Origin: Eledone cirrhosa
Taxonomy: Eukaryota
Length of the DNA stretch: 64,000 bases
Assembly: GCA_964016885.1 (NCBI GenBank)
Contig: OZ024740.1
Location: 244,032,001-244,096,000, forward strand
Direction of reading: 5' to 3'
Shown here: positions 41,761 to 53,220 of the stretch, in pieces
Position numbering within the stretch: position 1 is the stretch's first letter
Layout: each line of letters starts with the position of its first letter
Notes under the pieces: model-generated
The model's input: only the letters and a program-made list of their open reading frames with translations
Databases searched by the model: none
What the model was told of the DNA's origin: nothing
Translations under genes and position numbers: made by a program

Positions 41761-42532
41761 ATTAATAAAAGATCGGAGGCCATATTCAGTTGATTCAGGT
41801 TTGTTTAAAACCCCGTTATACATATTTCCCTGAGGACTATCAGTTATGATAGCCTAAGATCTTCAGGCGGCAAAACCTAAAATAATATTTGTTTCTACTT
41901 TTGGCACAAGGCCAGCAATTACTCAGTGCATTACTGGTACTTTATTTTATCGACCCCGTAAGGATGAAAGGCAAAGTTAACCTCGGTGGGATTTGAACTC
42001 AGAATGGCAAGGGCGCTAACTCTATACGTCAAAGCATGGCGTCCGACCCTCTACCGATACTAAAATAAATATTGAATGTTCCTAAGAAACCTTTAAATCT
42101 GGAAAAATCCAATAATTTCCCCGAAAAAGATTTTCTTTTCATGATACAAGGGGCTGGCCGAACGCGGGGTGTTGTTTCTTAGACGGCCGGCCCCTGTATG
42201 ACTCTAAGAATTTTGGCGGATGTGTTGGTCAGTTTAGGTAGTAACGAAAACTTACTCCCTCCCCTCTCTATCCGTAGCTGTTGTAGTAGTGACGGAGGCT
42301 GTTGTAATAATAGTGACTTCCATCTCCTCCCAACCTTATATTGTCCACAGGTCTGCAACAAATCATTGGATTTTCAAAATTTAAAGGTTTCTTAGTAATT
42401 TTCAATGCTTATTTTAGGTTTTGCCGTCTGAAGAGCTCCGACTGTCATAACTGATAGTCCTCAGTGACATATGTATAGCGGAGTTTTAAATAAACCTGAA
42501 TCAACTGAATATGGCCTCCGATCTTGTATTAA
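41761..42532. repeat. Diverged inverted repeat (41761-42118 / 42360-42532) with an HHR motif in both arms (41813-41870 minus; 42424-42481 plus)
   Basis: ccgc-CTGAAGA-tcttaggctatca..tgatagtcctcagg-GAAAT-ATGT-ATA-(a/g)cgg. Confidence 0.75.
41889..42060 (-). mobile_element. S1 SINE inserted in the left arm
   Basis: B box and core; imperfect TSD ctaaaataa. Confidence 0.85.
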
Positions 42533-42551
42533 TATACATACATACATACAT

Positions 42552-42962
42552 GGTGGCTGCCAACTCGTTTTCGAGTACGGCCACTACTTTATATCCATGT
42601 AGGAGAACCCCTACCGATGCGCTGAACGAGTGTGACTTTTTAGTCAAGCCAGCGACTTGAAAACTCTGGTACAAACACTACAGTTGTGACAATTATTGAC
42701 ACATAGTGCTGGGCCCATGGTACCATGTGATTACAAGTGCAGAGAGATCTCCAGATATAAAGCAATGCCTGTGCCGTGAAGCTTTTATAGTGAGCAAAGG
42801 TACTGCACAAAGCCAGTCCCACTCTCTTAACCAAGATGATATTTACCAAAAAGAAGAACAAGTCAACATCATTGGATACCATCAGGGTTGCAGGTGTTAT
42901 ATCAGAGTTTTCCTTCTCCTAGAATTCTGCCTTGACAAAGTTTAAGGGGTCATCTCTCCCGG
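42552..42962 (-). mobile_element. LINE 3' end (RTE/BovB-like) with C-terminal C2H2 finger and (TATG)n tail
   Basis: Minus strand HNCSVCTRVFKSLA*LKSHTRSAHR-stop, then a short UTR and (TATG)n. Confidence 0.55.
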
Positions 42963-43001
42963 ATACATACATACATACTTACATACATACATACATACAC
43001 A

Positions 43002-43235
43002 CGGAGAAGACTGAGGTTAGCTGGACATGCTCACCGACATCCAGAGTTGACACTGCACTCACTGCTCCTGTGGGGGCCCCTGCATGGACACACTGGAAGA
43101 GGAAGACCGAGGTTAACATATGTTGATGCCCTAAGGACAGACACTGGTCTGTTGGAGACGCAGGACATGGCAGCGATAATGAGGGACAGAGACCGCTGGA
43201 GAGAACTCGTCCATGGATCTCGGGAATTTTACCCG

Positions 43236-43238
<3 letters not shown>
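43002..43238 (+). mobile_element. RTE LINE 3' end (family R2)
   Basis: RLAGH..H..LLLW.P.HG...RGRPRLTYVD; ends at (TA)n. Confidence 0.85.
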
Positions 43239-43288
<50 letters not shown>

Positions 43289-44120
43289 TATCATCACAAA
43301 GCCGTAAACAAACCCAAGTCATTGGTTGAATATAGTTCCAACCTTTAACATTATTTGCCTTCTTGAATGCCCCCTTGGCGCCACTGGGGTGTTCAAATAA
43401 GCAAGGAATGTGAAAGGCTGGAAATATCTTCAACTAATCAATTAAACTTGGGTTTATTTAACGCGATTATAACATCAATAAAATTAGGTAATTTCTAACC
43501 TACCTTCAGAATTATACCAATATTACACATACACTACGTCTGATAGTTAATTACGGATTAACTAACATTAAATGTACAAACTATATTTATGATATGATAT
43601 GATGTTGGAAAAAAATCTTAAGTTTGCCTTCTGCACGCAGAATATTCATTTTTCAAGTGTATAAGAAGAATGGTGGTGCTGGAAATGGGGAGGCTACAAT
43701 CTATTGGAGAAGAAGGATGTTAGAATGTCGGAAAGGAATGATTTTCTTTTGATTTTTCACTTGATTTTTTCCTTACGTCTTATTTCAATCTAATACAGAA
43801 ACACCAACATAGTTCACAAGAGACTTGTGTACCAGAAGGGTTGAACACGTACATATACAGCAGTGTTATTTTAGCCCTCCTATTATGTTAAATCTAAAAG
43901 GGAATCAAGTAATAGTTCTAATTAAAAGCATGAACAGTCAATAACAAATCGATAATCGATAATGCTATATAATATTAGCAACTATTATCGTTATCATTAT
44001 AATTAATAAGCATTTCTTCCGTTTTCATGAGGAATATATATGTGTGATGTGTGTATCTATGTGTGAGCGTTTAGATATGAATGGAGATATAGATAAATAA
44101 ATATATATATATATTTATAT

Positions 44121-47100
44121 GTATCCCAGTACAACCTGTCTCGTGGTCGGGTCGTTGGCGACTAAACTGGCAACCCCACCAAGATTTCTTGGTGAGGAGG
44201 GTGACTTTGGACATCCTGCAGGACTAAAAATAAAACCTGTCAAAGGGCAAAGGAACTCCTGGGAGCTCTTAAGAGCTCTTGGAGTCAATGGCCATCCAAA
44301 ACCAGCACGGCCCGCCGAAAGGCGCTGCAGTGCCGGAAAAGTCAACTTCCTGCTACTGGTGTGCTGGTAAGCTAGTACAACGTATCTCCAGACGGATAGA
44401 GTGGGTCCGTAGCTTTGGTTAGCGACTACTCTAGTGCTTGCAACACGAACAATTAGGGCGAGGGTATAAATGCCAGGTTGGTATCTGGCACCGGGTAACC
44501 CACCACACGGAGGAGAAAGCACCTTCTTCAAGACTTGGCTGTCAAATTCTTTCACATGTGTGTAGTAGTGGCACCCACACACATTATTAGCTATTTGAAA
44601 AGATGATGAATTTCACAACTAACTGAACCAGGGTTCCTGTTCCTCAGGGAACCACACTATATGGTATACCTGTTGATATAGGTCAAGCCCCTGCTTTCCC
44701 GGGTCCTGTTTCTGATTATAATGCACCTACAAAGGCATCGAATGATGATGAATCCTCAAATCTCAAGGGATGGGGTTCATCTGATGGAGAAGAAACAGGT
44801 CCTAATCAAACAACAAGCACATCTCGCCTGGCTAGCTGTAAAAAGTAAATAATAGTTAGCTCCTTGAACACCAGAACCCTCCTTCCAACAGGTAGACTCC
44901 AGGAGCTGGCAGAGAATGCCAAACTTCAGAACATTGACATCCTTGCGGTCCAAGAACACCGCTTTTTCCACCCAAAGGATGATCTCAAGTATCACACCCT
45001 AGGATCCTCCCAACTTGTCACCTCTTCAGCCACCAAGAACCCTGTCAATGCCTCCGTCGGAGGAGTCGGCTGCCTTCTCTCATCTAAAGCCAGCAATAAT
45101 CTTCTGGGGATTGAAACAATCTCTCCCAGAATCTTGGTGCTTACACTAGAGGGCAATCCTAGAACCACTGCGATATGTGCATACAGTCCTCATAACGCCT
45201 CTCCTGAGGATGAGGTAAGAGAATTCTACACGACCCTTCGCACAGCTGTTGAGCAAGTACCCTTACACAACTTTCTTATCATCGCTGGAGACCTCAACGC
45301 TCAACTTGGCCCGGATGAAGTAAAGTTCACATACAATAGGGTTACTAACCGAAACGGGGAATATCTCAAGGACTTCATGGAAGAATTCAGTCTATTCAGC
45401 TCAAACAACAGCTTCATGAAGACCCGAGGCCAGCTTTGGACCTTCGAATACCCAAACCAAAAACGAGCTCAGATTGACTATTTGATATTTCGCAAGAAAT
45501 GGAGAAACTCAATCAAAGATTCTAGATCTTATTCCTCCTTTAGTTCTGTTGGCTCAGATCATCGAGTCATCTCGGCAACAATCAAACTTAGCCTCAGGAT
45601 ATCCAAGAGGGCCGAACCTCATCCCATGAAAAGAATAGACTGGAAATCCGTTTCTTCCAACAAACAACTTTCCAATAGCTTCACGCTTCAAGTCTATAAC
45701 AGATTTCAATCTCTTTCAACTTCTGACATCAATGACGATAATATTGAGGATGTGTATGACTGTCTTAAGCAATCAACAGAAGAAGTTGCACTTGCCACCC
45801 TACATAAAAAGAAAAGCCGAAGCCAAATGAAACCTAGTGCCTCAGAGAAGGTAGTTGAGGCAAGGGCCCATCTTAGGTCAATATCCCACCATCAATCACC
45901 ATCTCAAGGGAAAAAGATACAGCTTATCATGGCCAAAAAATCACTAGACGACGCTTATCTTAATGCTGAAGCCGACTATATCTCAGGTAGGATTGATCAG
46001 CTATCGCAACATCACATCAGCAAACATCATCATCTTGCTTGGAAGGTTGTCAAAGATCTTTCAGGCAAAAACTCAAACTCTGCAGTTAGAATCAAAGGAG
46101 GTTCTGCCAAAAAACATCTTGAAAATTGGTCTGCACATTTTAAAAACCTTCTAGGGAAAAAGGCCAGACTCCCTGATAACTATCAACTGCCATCCGTTCA
46201 GGTTTCAGAGGCTTTAGGAATCAACACCTCTCCTTTCACCATGCCAGAGCTCAAAGAAGCCATCAAACAGCTCAAAGCCTCAAAAGCCTTTGGGCCGTAT
46301 AATATACCTACCATGATTTGGAGGGATGAGCATTTCCACATCCTTTTGCCCAATTTATGTAACCATACTTTCGAGACCAATAAACCACCTAGCGTCTGGC
46401 ATGCAGCTCAAATTATTCCCATGCCCAAAAAAGGAGATCTTTCTTTAGCCACCAACTATAGAGGAATTTCTCTCATGGCAATTGCTGCAAAAATATACAA
46501 CAAGCTTCTTCTTAACCGCTTAATCCCATTTCTTGAGCCAATCCTTCGTAACAACCAGAATGGATTTAGGAGAGGTAGATCAACACTTAGCCAGATTCTC
46601 TGCCTTCGCCGACTTATAGAGGAGTCCCAAAACCGCAATCTAGACCTTGCACTCATCTTTGTTGATTTTTCAAAAGCCTTCGACTCAGTTGACAGGTCGG
46701 GGATGTTTGAAATTCTACAACTCTATGGGATTCCTGATAAAATCATCGCGGCCATACGTGTAATGTATACAGATACCAAATCAACTGTCCTGACCCCAGA
46801 TGGGGAAACACCACCTTTCTCAATCCTCGCTGGAATTTTACAGGGCGATACCCTTGCTCCGTATCTGTTTATCATTGTTGTGGATTATGTTTTGCGCATG
46901 TCTGTGGATAGGATTCAGGATAGGGGATACCAACTACAGCCTAGGAGAAGCTCACGCTACCCAGCAAAATACTTGACCGACACCGACTTTGCTGACGACA
47001 TCGCATTGATCAGTCGGTCACTGGAAAATGCTGAGAGTCTTTTGAAGTCATTAGAGCAAGCGTCCAACTGTGTTGGACTGTACCTCAACGAATCCAAGAC

Positions 47101-47750
47101 TGAGTATGTGAACAGATTCGCAAACAGCCCAAACTACCCCATCAGAACCCTTAATGGTACCACCCTTAGGCAGGTGGAAGATTACAAGTATCTTGGCTCA
47201 TATATCTCCTCCTCCAAAAAGGATTTTCTAACCAGGAAGGGTATGGCATGGTCAGCGTGCAATGAAATGCACGCCTTATGGACATCTCAACTTACCAACA
47301 AGCTAAAACTGGAAATATTCCAAGCAACCATTAAGCCCATATTACTTTATGGATCCGAAACTTGGACACTAACATCACAACTTGAGAGGAGATTGGATGG
47401 CACATATACCTGCCTCTTAATGAGAGTGCAAAACCTATCATGGAAACGGCATCCCACCTTGTCAAAAATCTATGGCAAACTCCCTCGAGCCTCTGCCCTT
47501 CTAAAACCCCGGAGAGCTCAATTTGCTGGCCACTGTCACCGTACCAGCAATGAAATCATATCCGCTCTCTTGCTCTGGAACCCTGACTCCAGCCTGACTA
47601 GGAGTAGGAAGCTGTCATTCCCTGACGTTATCTCTAGGGATACGGGAACCAGTAGACAGGACCTGGGGGCAGCGATGGGGGACAGGGAATTCTGGGGCAT
47701 GAGAGTGAAATCCATCATCTCGACAGTAGTCGACGAGTGATGATGATGAT
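44121..47750 (+). mobile_element. Near-full-length RTE-clade LINE with (TGA)n tail, flanked by TA tracts
   Basis: About 0.7-kb 5' leader, long APE-RT ORF, stop codon merged with tgatgatgatga. Confidence 0.9.
44864..47740 (+). CDS. RTE LINE ORF: APE endonuclease plus reverse transcriptase (958 aa; true start obscured by in-frame TAA at 44846)
   Basis: LAVQEHR, GDLNA, QIDY, SDH; PKKGD..NYRGISL, QNGFRRGRS, DFSKAFDSV, QGDTLAP, FADD, YLGS, LLYGSETW. Confidence 0.9.
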   Translation: MNTRTLLPTGRLQELAENAKLQNIDILAVQEHRFFHPKDDLKYHTLGSSQLVTSSATKNPVNASVGGVGCLLSSKASNNLLGIETISPRILVLTLEGNPRTTAICAYSPHNASPEDEVREFYTTLRTAVEQVPLHNFLIIAGDLNAQLGPDEVKFTYNRVTNRNGEYLKDFMEEFSLFSSNNSFMKTRGQLWTFEYPNQKRAQIDYLIFRKKWRNSIKDSRSYSSFSSVGSDHRVISATIKLSLRISKRAEPHPMKRIDWKSVSSNKQLSNSFTLQVYNRFQSLSTSDINDDNIEDVYDCLKQSTEEVALATLHKKKSRSQMKPSASEKVVEARAHLRSISHHQSPSQGKKIQLIMAKKSLDDAYLNAEADYISGRIDQLSQHHISKHHHLAWKVVKDLSGKNSNSAVRIKGGSAKKHLENWSAHFKNLLGKKARLPDNYQLPSVQVSEALGINTSPFTMPELKEAIKQLKASKAFGPYNIPTMIWRDEHFHILLPNLCNHTFETNKPPSVWHAAQIIPMPKKGDLSLATNYRGISLMAIAAKIYNKLLLNRLIPFLEPILRNNQNGFRRGRSTLSQILCLRRLIEESQNRNLDLALIFVDFSKAFDSVDRSGMFEILQLYGIPDKIIAAIRVMYTDTKSTVLTPDGETPPFSILAGILQGDTLAPYLFIIVVDYVLRMSVDRIQDRGYQLQPRRSSRYPAKYLTDTDFADDIALISRSLENAESLLKSLEQASNCVGLYLNESKTEYVNRFANSPNYPIRTLNGTTLRQVEDYKYLGSYISSSKKDFLTRKGMAWSACNEMHALWTSQLTNKLKLEIFQATIKPILLYGSETWTLTSQLERRLDGTYTCLLMRVQNLSWKRHPTLSKIYGKLPRASALLKPRRAQFAGHCHRTSNEIISALLLWNPDSSLTRSRKLSFPDVISRDTGTSRQDLGAAMGDREFWGMRVKSIISTVVDE

Positions 47751-47762
47751 ATATATATATAT

Positions 47763-48729
47763 CATGGAATAGTTTAGATAGGATTAGACTTAAGATAGGG
47801 AAAGCCATCTCATGGTACGACAACCAGAGATACCAGAGTGTCATGTTTGTGGACGCTACCCCTGGAGGGAAATTAGCTAACCAGTGTAGAAAGGCCCTGA
47901 GAAAGACCCACTTAAAGATTAAGGTGGTAGAAAAGCAAGGAACCACCATAAAATCCCTGATCAGCAAAACCTACCCTTTTAAGAAAACCCACTGTACTAA
48001 TAGGAAATGTATTATATGCAAAGTAAACCCCCAGATAAACTGTAAGACTAGAAACGTAGTCTAGAGCATAAGAAGTACAGAGGGTACTTGCAGAAACATG
48101 ACAACAACATACATAGGCGAGACAGCTCGTAGCATAGGTGAAAGGATAGACCAACACTGTCCAAACGATTCAGTACTATACGAACATGCCAGACAACAAC
48201 ACGACGGTAACATAGACAACATAGAAATTAAAATAATATCTAAACATAGAAATGACCCAGCAGATAGGCAAACCAGAGAGGCCAGCGAAATAGAACTTAG
48301 AAGGCCAAGGCTAAACAGAAAAAATAAATGGAATAACAACAACACCCAAACAAACAATACTGACCTAAGAGGAGTATAAATAAAAAAAATAAAAATAATA
48401 AAAAATAAATAAATACATACATACACAAGCACAATAACAACAAACACATATAAACACACACTAGTAAACTAAGATAGAATACAATAACCAATACACAGTC
48501 ACCCAAACACAATACACACACGCAAACGCATGCGCAGAGAAGAAGGTAAAAATAAATAAATAAATAAATAAACAGACTAAATAAAGATGACGTAGGCATA
48601 CAATACAACAGGAGGAAACATAATAGCACCACTGACGATGTTGCAGATGTGCAACGAAAGAACTTTGTTAGACTATATATGTGTGTTTGTGTCTATATTA
48701 TATCTGTTAATTTACGGTAAAAAATACAG

Positions 48730-48730
<1 letters not shown>
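47763..48730 (+). mobile_element. 5'-truncated Penelope-like element (GIY-YIG) with HHR-like motif at 48630-48667, TA-flanked
   Basis: FVDATPGGKLA..C...C..C...C...NVV*...C...YIGETARS..ER..H...S....H...R...EA..I....P.LN; CTGACGA-t-gttgca-gatg-tgcaac-GAAAG. Confidence 0.8.
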
Positions 48731-48768
<38 letters not shown>

Positions 48769-48778
48769 CGAAGGAGAT

Positions 48779-50291
48779 GTGGTAAGGAACCAGGTGGACC
48801 ATAACGCACCAAAGTACTCAATACTTAGGGTAGTAGAGTGGGTAATAGGAACAAGTAAGACCCCGACGGCTGAGCTCAAGCCGTTTCGACGGCTAATTCT
48901 GAACTGAATGAAAATTTATTCTGGTATTTGAATAGCCGAGCTTATCAAGGGGTAATTCCATATATGGTCAAAGAGATAATCACCAGGATTGGTCCCATCA
49001 CAAGTTAGTAGTAAATCTGTGATGGCAAGTTGGTGGGGGAAGGGGTAGCTAAACCTGCCGGTAGGAGAAAAAGGGAGGGGGTGGAGTAGACCCATTCATG
49101 CGTTGGTAGTGCCGGCTACAGCTGGGTGTGAGGTCAAAGAAGATACTGGGGAGGCGGAGGGGGAGGAAGTCGAAACGGTAAGTAAAACAAAAAGTACTGA
49201 GAGAAAAAAAAAAATAAGCAAAGTCTGGTTACTAAGACCTAAGTCTCTCGCTATTGCTAGGCTAAAGAAATACATAAATAAATAAATAAATAAATAAAGA
49301 ATGGATAAATAAATTTAGAAAAAAAAAATATAATGAAGAATAAGAAATAAATAAAGATAAACTAGGTGGGACGGAAATAAAGGGACCCTTATACGAGGTA
49401 TAAGTGCGTGTATCGTACGGTGACGGGTCAACAAAGGGGGGGGGGGGGGTAAAATACTAAAGAGACTACCACGAAATAATAAAAATTTCTACCCCAATCA
49501 CAGGGCCAGCAACCACCCAGAGCAAGAAAGTAAACTAGTACGAGAATATCATTCAGGGTCCCGCAAAAAAATACTCGTGCTAACTCTAAGGGTACCGCTA
49601 CGAAACAAAAAGTCTTATACAAGCTACATGAAGGATCGTACGAAGTAAAAGTAAAGAACGGAAAAATAATATAGAACCCCCCCCCCCCCCCCAAAAAAAA
49701 AAGAGAAAAAGGGAAAAAGAGGAAAGAAATACTGGATAAACGAGAAATTAAAGCAAAGATGCCACTAAGAAATATAGAAGGCACGGAAAAAAGGGACAGC
49801 GGTCGGAGAAGGGGGGCAAGTATCCGAGGTCTAACACCTCTGCTATAAAAAGCGGAGTCAGCCAAATCTATCATAGAATAAGGGAGGGGGTGGTGGTGCT
49901 GAAGCTACAAGGGACCGAGGGGCTACCTCGGGTGGGTGAGAAAAAAAACGACGACAAAGAAAGGGAACTGGGGTAAAAGGACTAGGGAGGGATGGGGGGA
50001 AGGAGGAAATATAGAGGGAGCGATAAAAAAAGTACAAGAAGATCTTACGTCTCCATTGGCAAGCAGGGGTTACCCCTTACAAAATCGGCAAGTGGGGTGT
50101 TATAGCCCTAGTCTATCCCCCCCCCCCCCGGGTCATTATGGGGTTTGAGGGCGAGGTAAGTCCTACGTAATCGGTTCATATTACCCCTTGATAAGCTCGG
50201 CTATTCAAATACCAGAATAAATTTTCATTCAGTCCAGAATTAGCCGTCGAAACGGCTTGAGTCCAGCCGTCGGGGTCTTACTTGTTCCTAT
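48779..50291 (-). mobile_element. Family P2 non-coding element with inverted HHR-containing repeats (48845-48956 / 50180-50291), TA-flanked
   Basis: No credible ORF; arms nearly identical; other copies at 19540 and 20506. Confidence 0.8.
50184..50275 (+). ncRNA. Type-I hammerhead ribozyme, U3:A8 core variant (inverted twin at 48861-48952)
   Basis: cccc-TTGATAA-gctcggcta...tagccgtc-GAAAC-ggct..agcc-GTC-gggg. Confidence 0.75.
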
Positions 50292-50310
50292 ATATATATA
50301 TATATATATA

Positions 50311-51131
50311 TATATTTAGAAACACACAGATACATGCGGACACACACATATATACATGAATGCATCCGCACCCAACTGCGAGTTAAGGGTGCCAACTTCA
50401 CCGATGTTGCTCAATGAATGACTGGGACAGACCAATTCAGTTTGAACCAGACTGAACCAGTATCAGAGTTAAAAATACATTATGAAGAGAGAAGAAACAT
50501 TTAGATATAATTAGTAATAAAATGTATCATACCTAAACTGCTCCTAAATTCCTCGACTACGTAGTTTCGTGGCATAAACAAAAACAATATATCAAAGATA
50601 TAGAGTCCTTGCGAGGTCTGCCAACTTATCAAGAGGATACCTCATTTTACTAGTCTCAAGAACGCGTCTACACGACGTGAGAAAGAATCCCAAAAGGCGG
50701 AGGGGGAGATAGTCACGCGATATAACGGTCGAGAAACAGAGCTAAGCCTCTTATAACCACGAAGAAAATACCACGGAGGCGGAGGGGGTATTCATATCGA
50801 GGCCGTAGAAGAGGTAGTGAAGAAGGCGAGAAGTACGAGTAATGGAAGCTTTCCAGTTGTCCCCACACTTCAAAGATTGCTCGACCAGAGGGAGTTATTA
50901 ATATATTTAGAAACACACAGATACATGCGGACACACACATATATACATGAATGCATCCGCACCCAACTGCGAGTTAAGGGTGCCAACTTCACCGATGTTG
51001 CTCAATGAATGACTGGGACAGACCAATTCAGTTTGAACCAGACTGAACCAGTATCAGAGTTAAAAATACATTATGAAGAGAGAAGAAACATTTAGATATA
51101 ATTAGTAATAAAATGTATCATACCTAAACTG

Positions 51132-51133
<2 letters not shown>
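50311..51133 (-). mobile_element. Retrozyme-like 1.4x tandem unit (period 591 bp; 50311-50542 = 50902-51133) between (TA)n tracts
   Basis: 232-bp direct repeat, no credible ORF, single HHR inside. Confidence 0.75.
50550..50637 (-). ncRNA. Type-I hammerhead ribozyme, U3:A8 core variant
   Basis: Minus strand tcctc-TTGATAA-gttggca...tgccac-GAAAC-TACGTA-GTC-gagga. Confidence 0.8.
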
Positions 51134-51188
<55 letters not shown>

Positions 51189-51345
51189 GGGATACTATTT
51201 ATGGTTTTGTATATATTAAAACTTTTTATAGTTATGTATATTTTAAACCCTAAACACTGAAGGTCAGTAATTTATTACTACCTTATTACCAGTAAGATAA
51301 ATATCTCAATTTAATAACATCAGTTGTTCTACAGAGTAGTTATAT

Positions 51346-51496
51346 AGAATTCACAAGAATCAAAGCTATGTTCAAAGCATTTATTCACTTACAATTGTTT
51401 CATCCAAACCTAGGCTTGGAGTCTTCGCCTAGGTTTGGATGAAACAATTGTAAGTGAATAAATGCTTTGAACATAGCTTTGATTCTTGTGAATTCT
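51346..51496. repeat. Perfect 70-bp-arm fold-back centred in an HHR
   Basis: Arms 51346-51415 / 51427-51496; the minus strand reads ..GAAGA-ctccaagcctaggtttggat-GAAAC-AATT-GTA-agtga. Confidence 0.88.
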
Positions 51497-51600
51497 CTCT
51501 CTATATATATATACATTGGAAAATGTGTGAGATCCTTGGTACAGTTAGGTATATTTTAAAAAAAGGAAAAGAATGATTTTGATTTAATTTTATAATATTA

Positions 51601-52180
51601 CTAGCAGTGGTATCCGACGTTGCACGGGATAAGGTATTTTAGAACGCGGGCTGCCAACAGACCTAATCGTGGAAAAACTGCATGCCTGGACAATATGTAA
51701 AGAAAATAAACCGAATACTCTGATGGCTGTATAATCTTTAAGGTTTTCCTCGATGAAGCAGGAAAAATGCAGGTTTTCACCTAATGCGAGCCCTAGGGGA
51801 ACAAGAAAATGAATTTTTTTTATGTGCATAATATGCCTTGAAATTTCAGGAAAATCTTGCTAGACGTAACGCCTCAAAATAGCCCTAAAAGTTTTTCACC
51901 TAATGTGGGCCCTAGGCCATAAAAGAGTTGGATTTTCTTTACTCACGGTATGAAGAAGAGACTGACTAATACATAGTTACAATTTCAAGGAAATCGGTCT
52001 GATGTAACGCCTCAAAAACCCCTAAAAAGCTGAAAAAATGCAGTTTTTCACCTAATGCGGGCCATAGGGATCAAAAAGTTGAATTTTTTAATGTGCATAA
52101 CACTCCCTGAAATATAAGTAATACACATGTAAAGTTTGAAAAAAAGCGGTTGGGTATTTTTCGAGTTTTAGGGATTCAAA

Positions 52181-52265
<85 letters not shown>

Positions 52266-52272
52266 ACACACA

Positions 52273-52312
<40 letters not shown>

Positions 52313-52340
52313 CAGATATCCTCAGTTTTATATATATAGA
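51601..52340 (-). mobile_element. Non-autonomous Helitron with internal (GT)n and three sub-repeats
   Basis: Minus 5' TCTATATATATAAAACTGAGG; 3' hairpin cccgtgcaacgtcgga then CTAG; tttcacctaatg.gggcc.tagg repeated at about 51775, 51893 and 52045. Confidence 0.75.
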
Positions 52341-53220
52341 TAATATTATAAAATTAAATCAACATTTTTTAACACACACACACACACACACACATGCGCA
52401 CACATATATATATATATGTGTGTATGTGGGTGTAAATATATATATATTTATATTTGCACCCACATACGCACACATATGTGTGTGTGTGCGCATGTGTGTG
52501 TGTGCGCATGTGTGTATGTGTGTGTGTGTGTGTGTGTGTATTCTTTATCTCGGAAAATATAACATCCTGTCTCAAAATGGTTTTATCATCTTGAAACTGA
52601 ATCATTACCAAGCAAACAGAAAACATTTGTATAATAGGAATTACTTCACTTCATCACATTCATAAATTGTTCAGATTCGAAGTAGATCGGATTGCATTAA
52701 TGTATTCAGTGTTTACGCTTGTAAATAAAGTGCATGCGTATATATTTTGTATGTATGTATGTTACACATACATACGTACGAGAGAGTGGCTAAAAGCAAG
52801 ATGATTAATAAAAGATTCAACAGAAAATCAATAAATATTATTGATGTCCCATGCCAGAAAGACATAGATTCCTTCTGGAGCAAAATATGGGATGAGACAA
52901 AAAAAAAATAAACAAAGATCTTTTAGGTGTCCATAAATAAAATACTAGTCCAGCGATGGTGGAATAATGGAGTTGTTAGAGCGTCGAAAAGGCACATCAG
53001 AAAAGCGATAATAATCCTGACAAGAGTTGTATCCGACAGATAATATCATCATTAGAAACACCAATAGAAACATAATCTCCTTGGTTCAATATGATAGACT
53101 TCCATAGCGTTGTTTAAAATCATATATATTGTATCATATGTCTTATACTATCTGGAATACGATCCCTGATAAAAAGTCTGTGATTTTAACCTACGAATCA
53201 TTATGTATCATTAAACTTAG

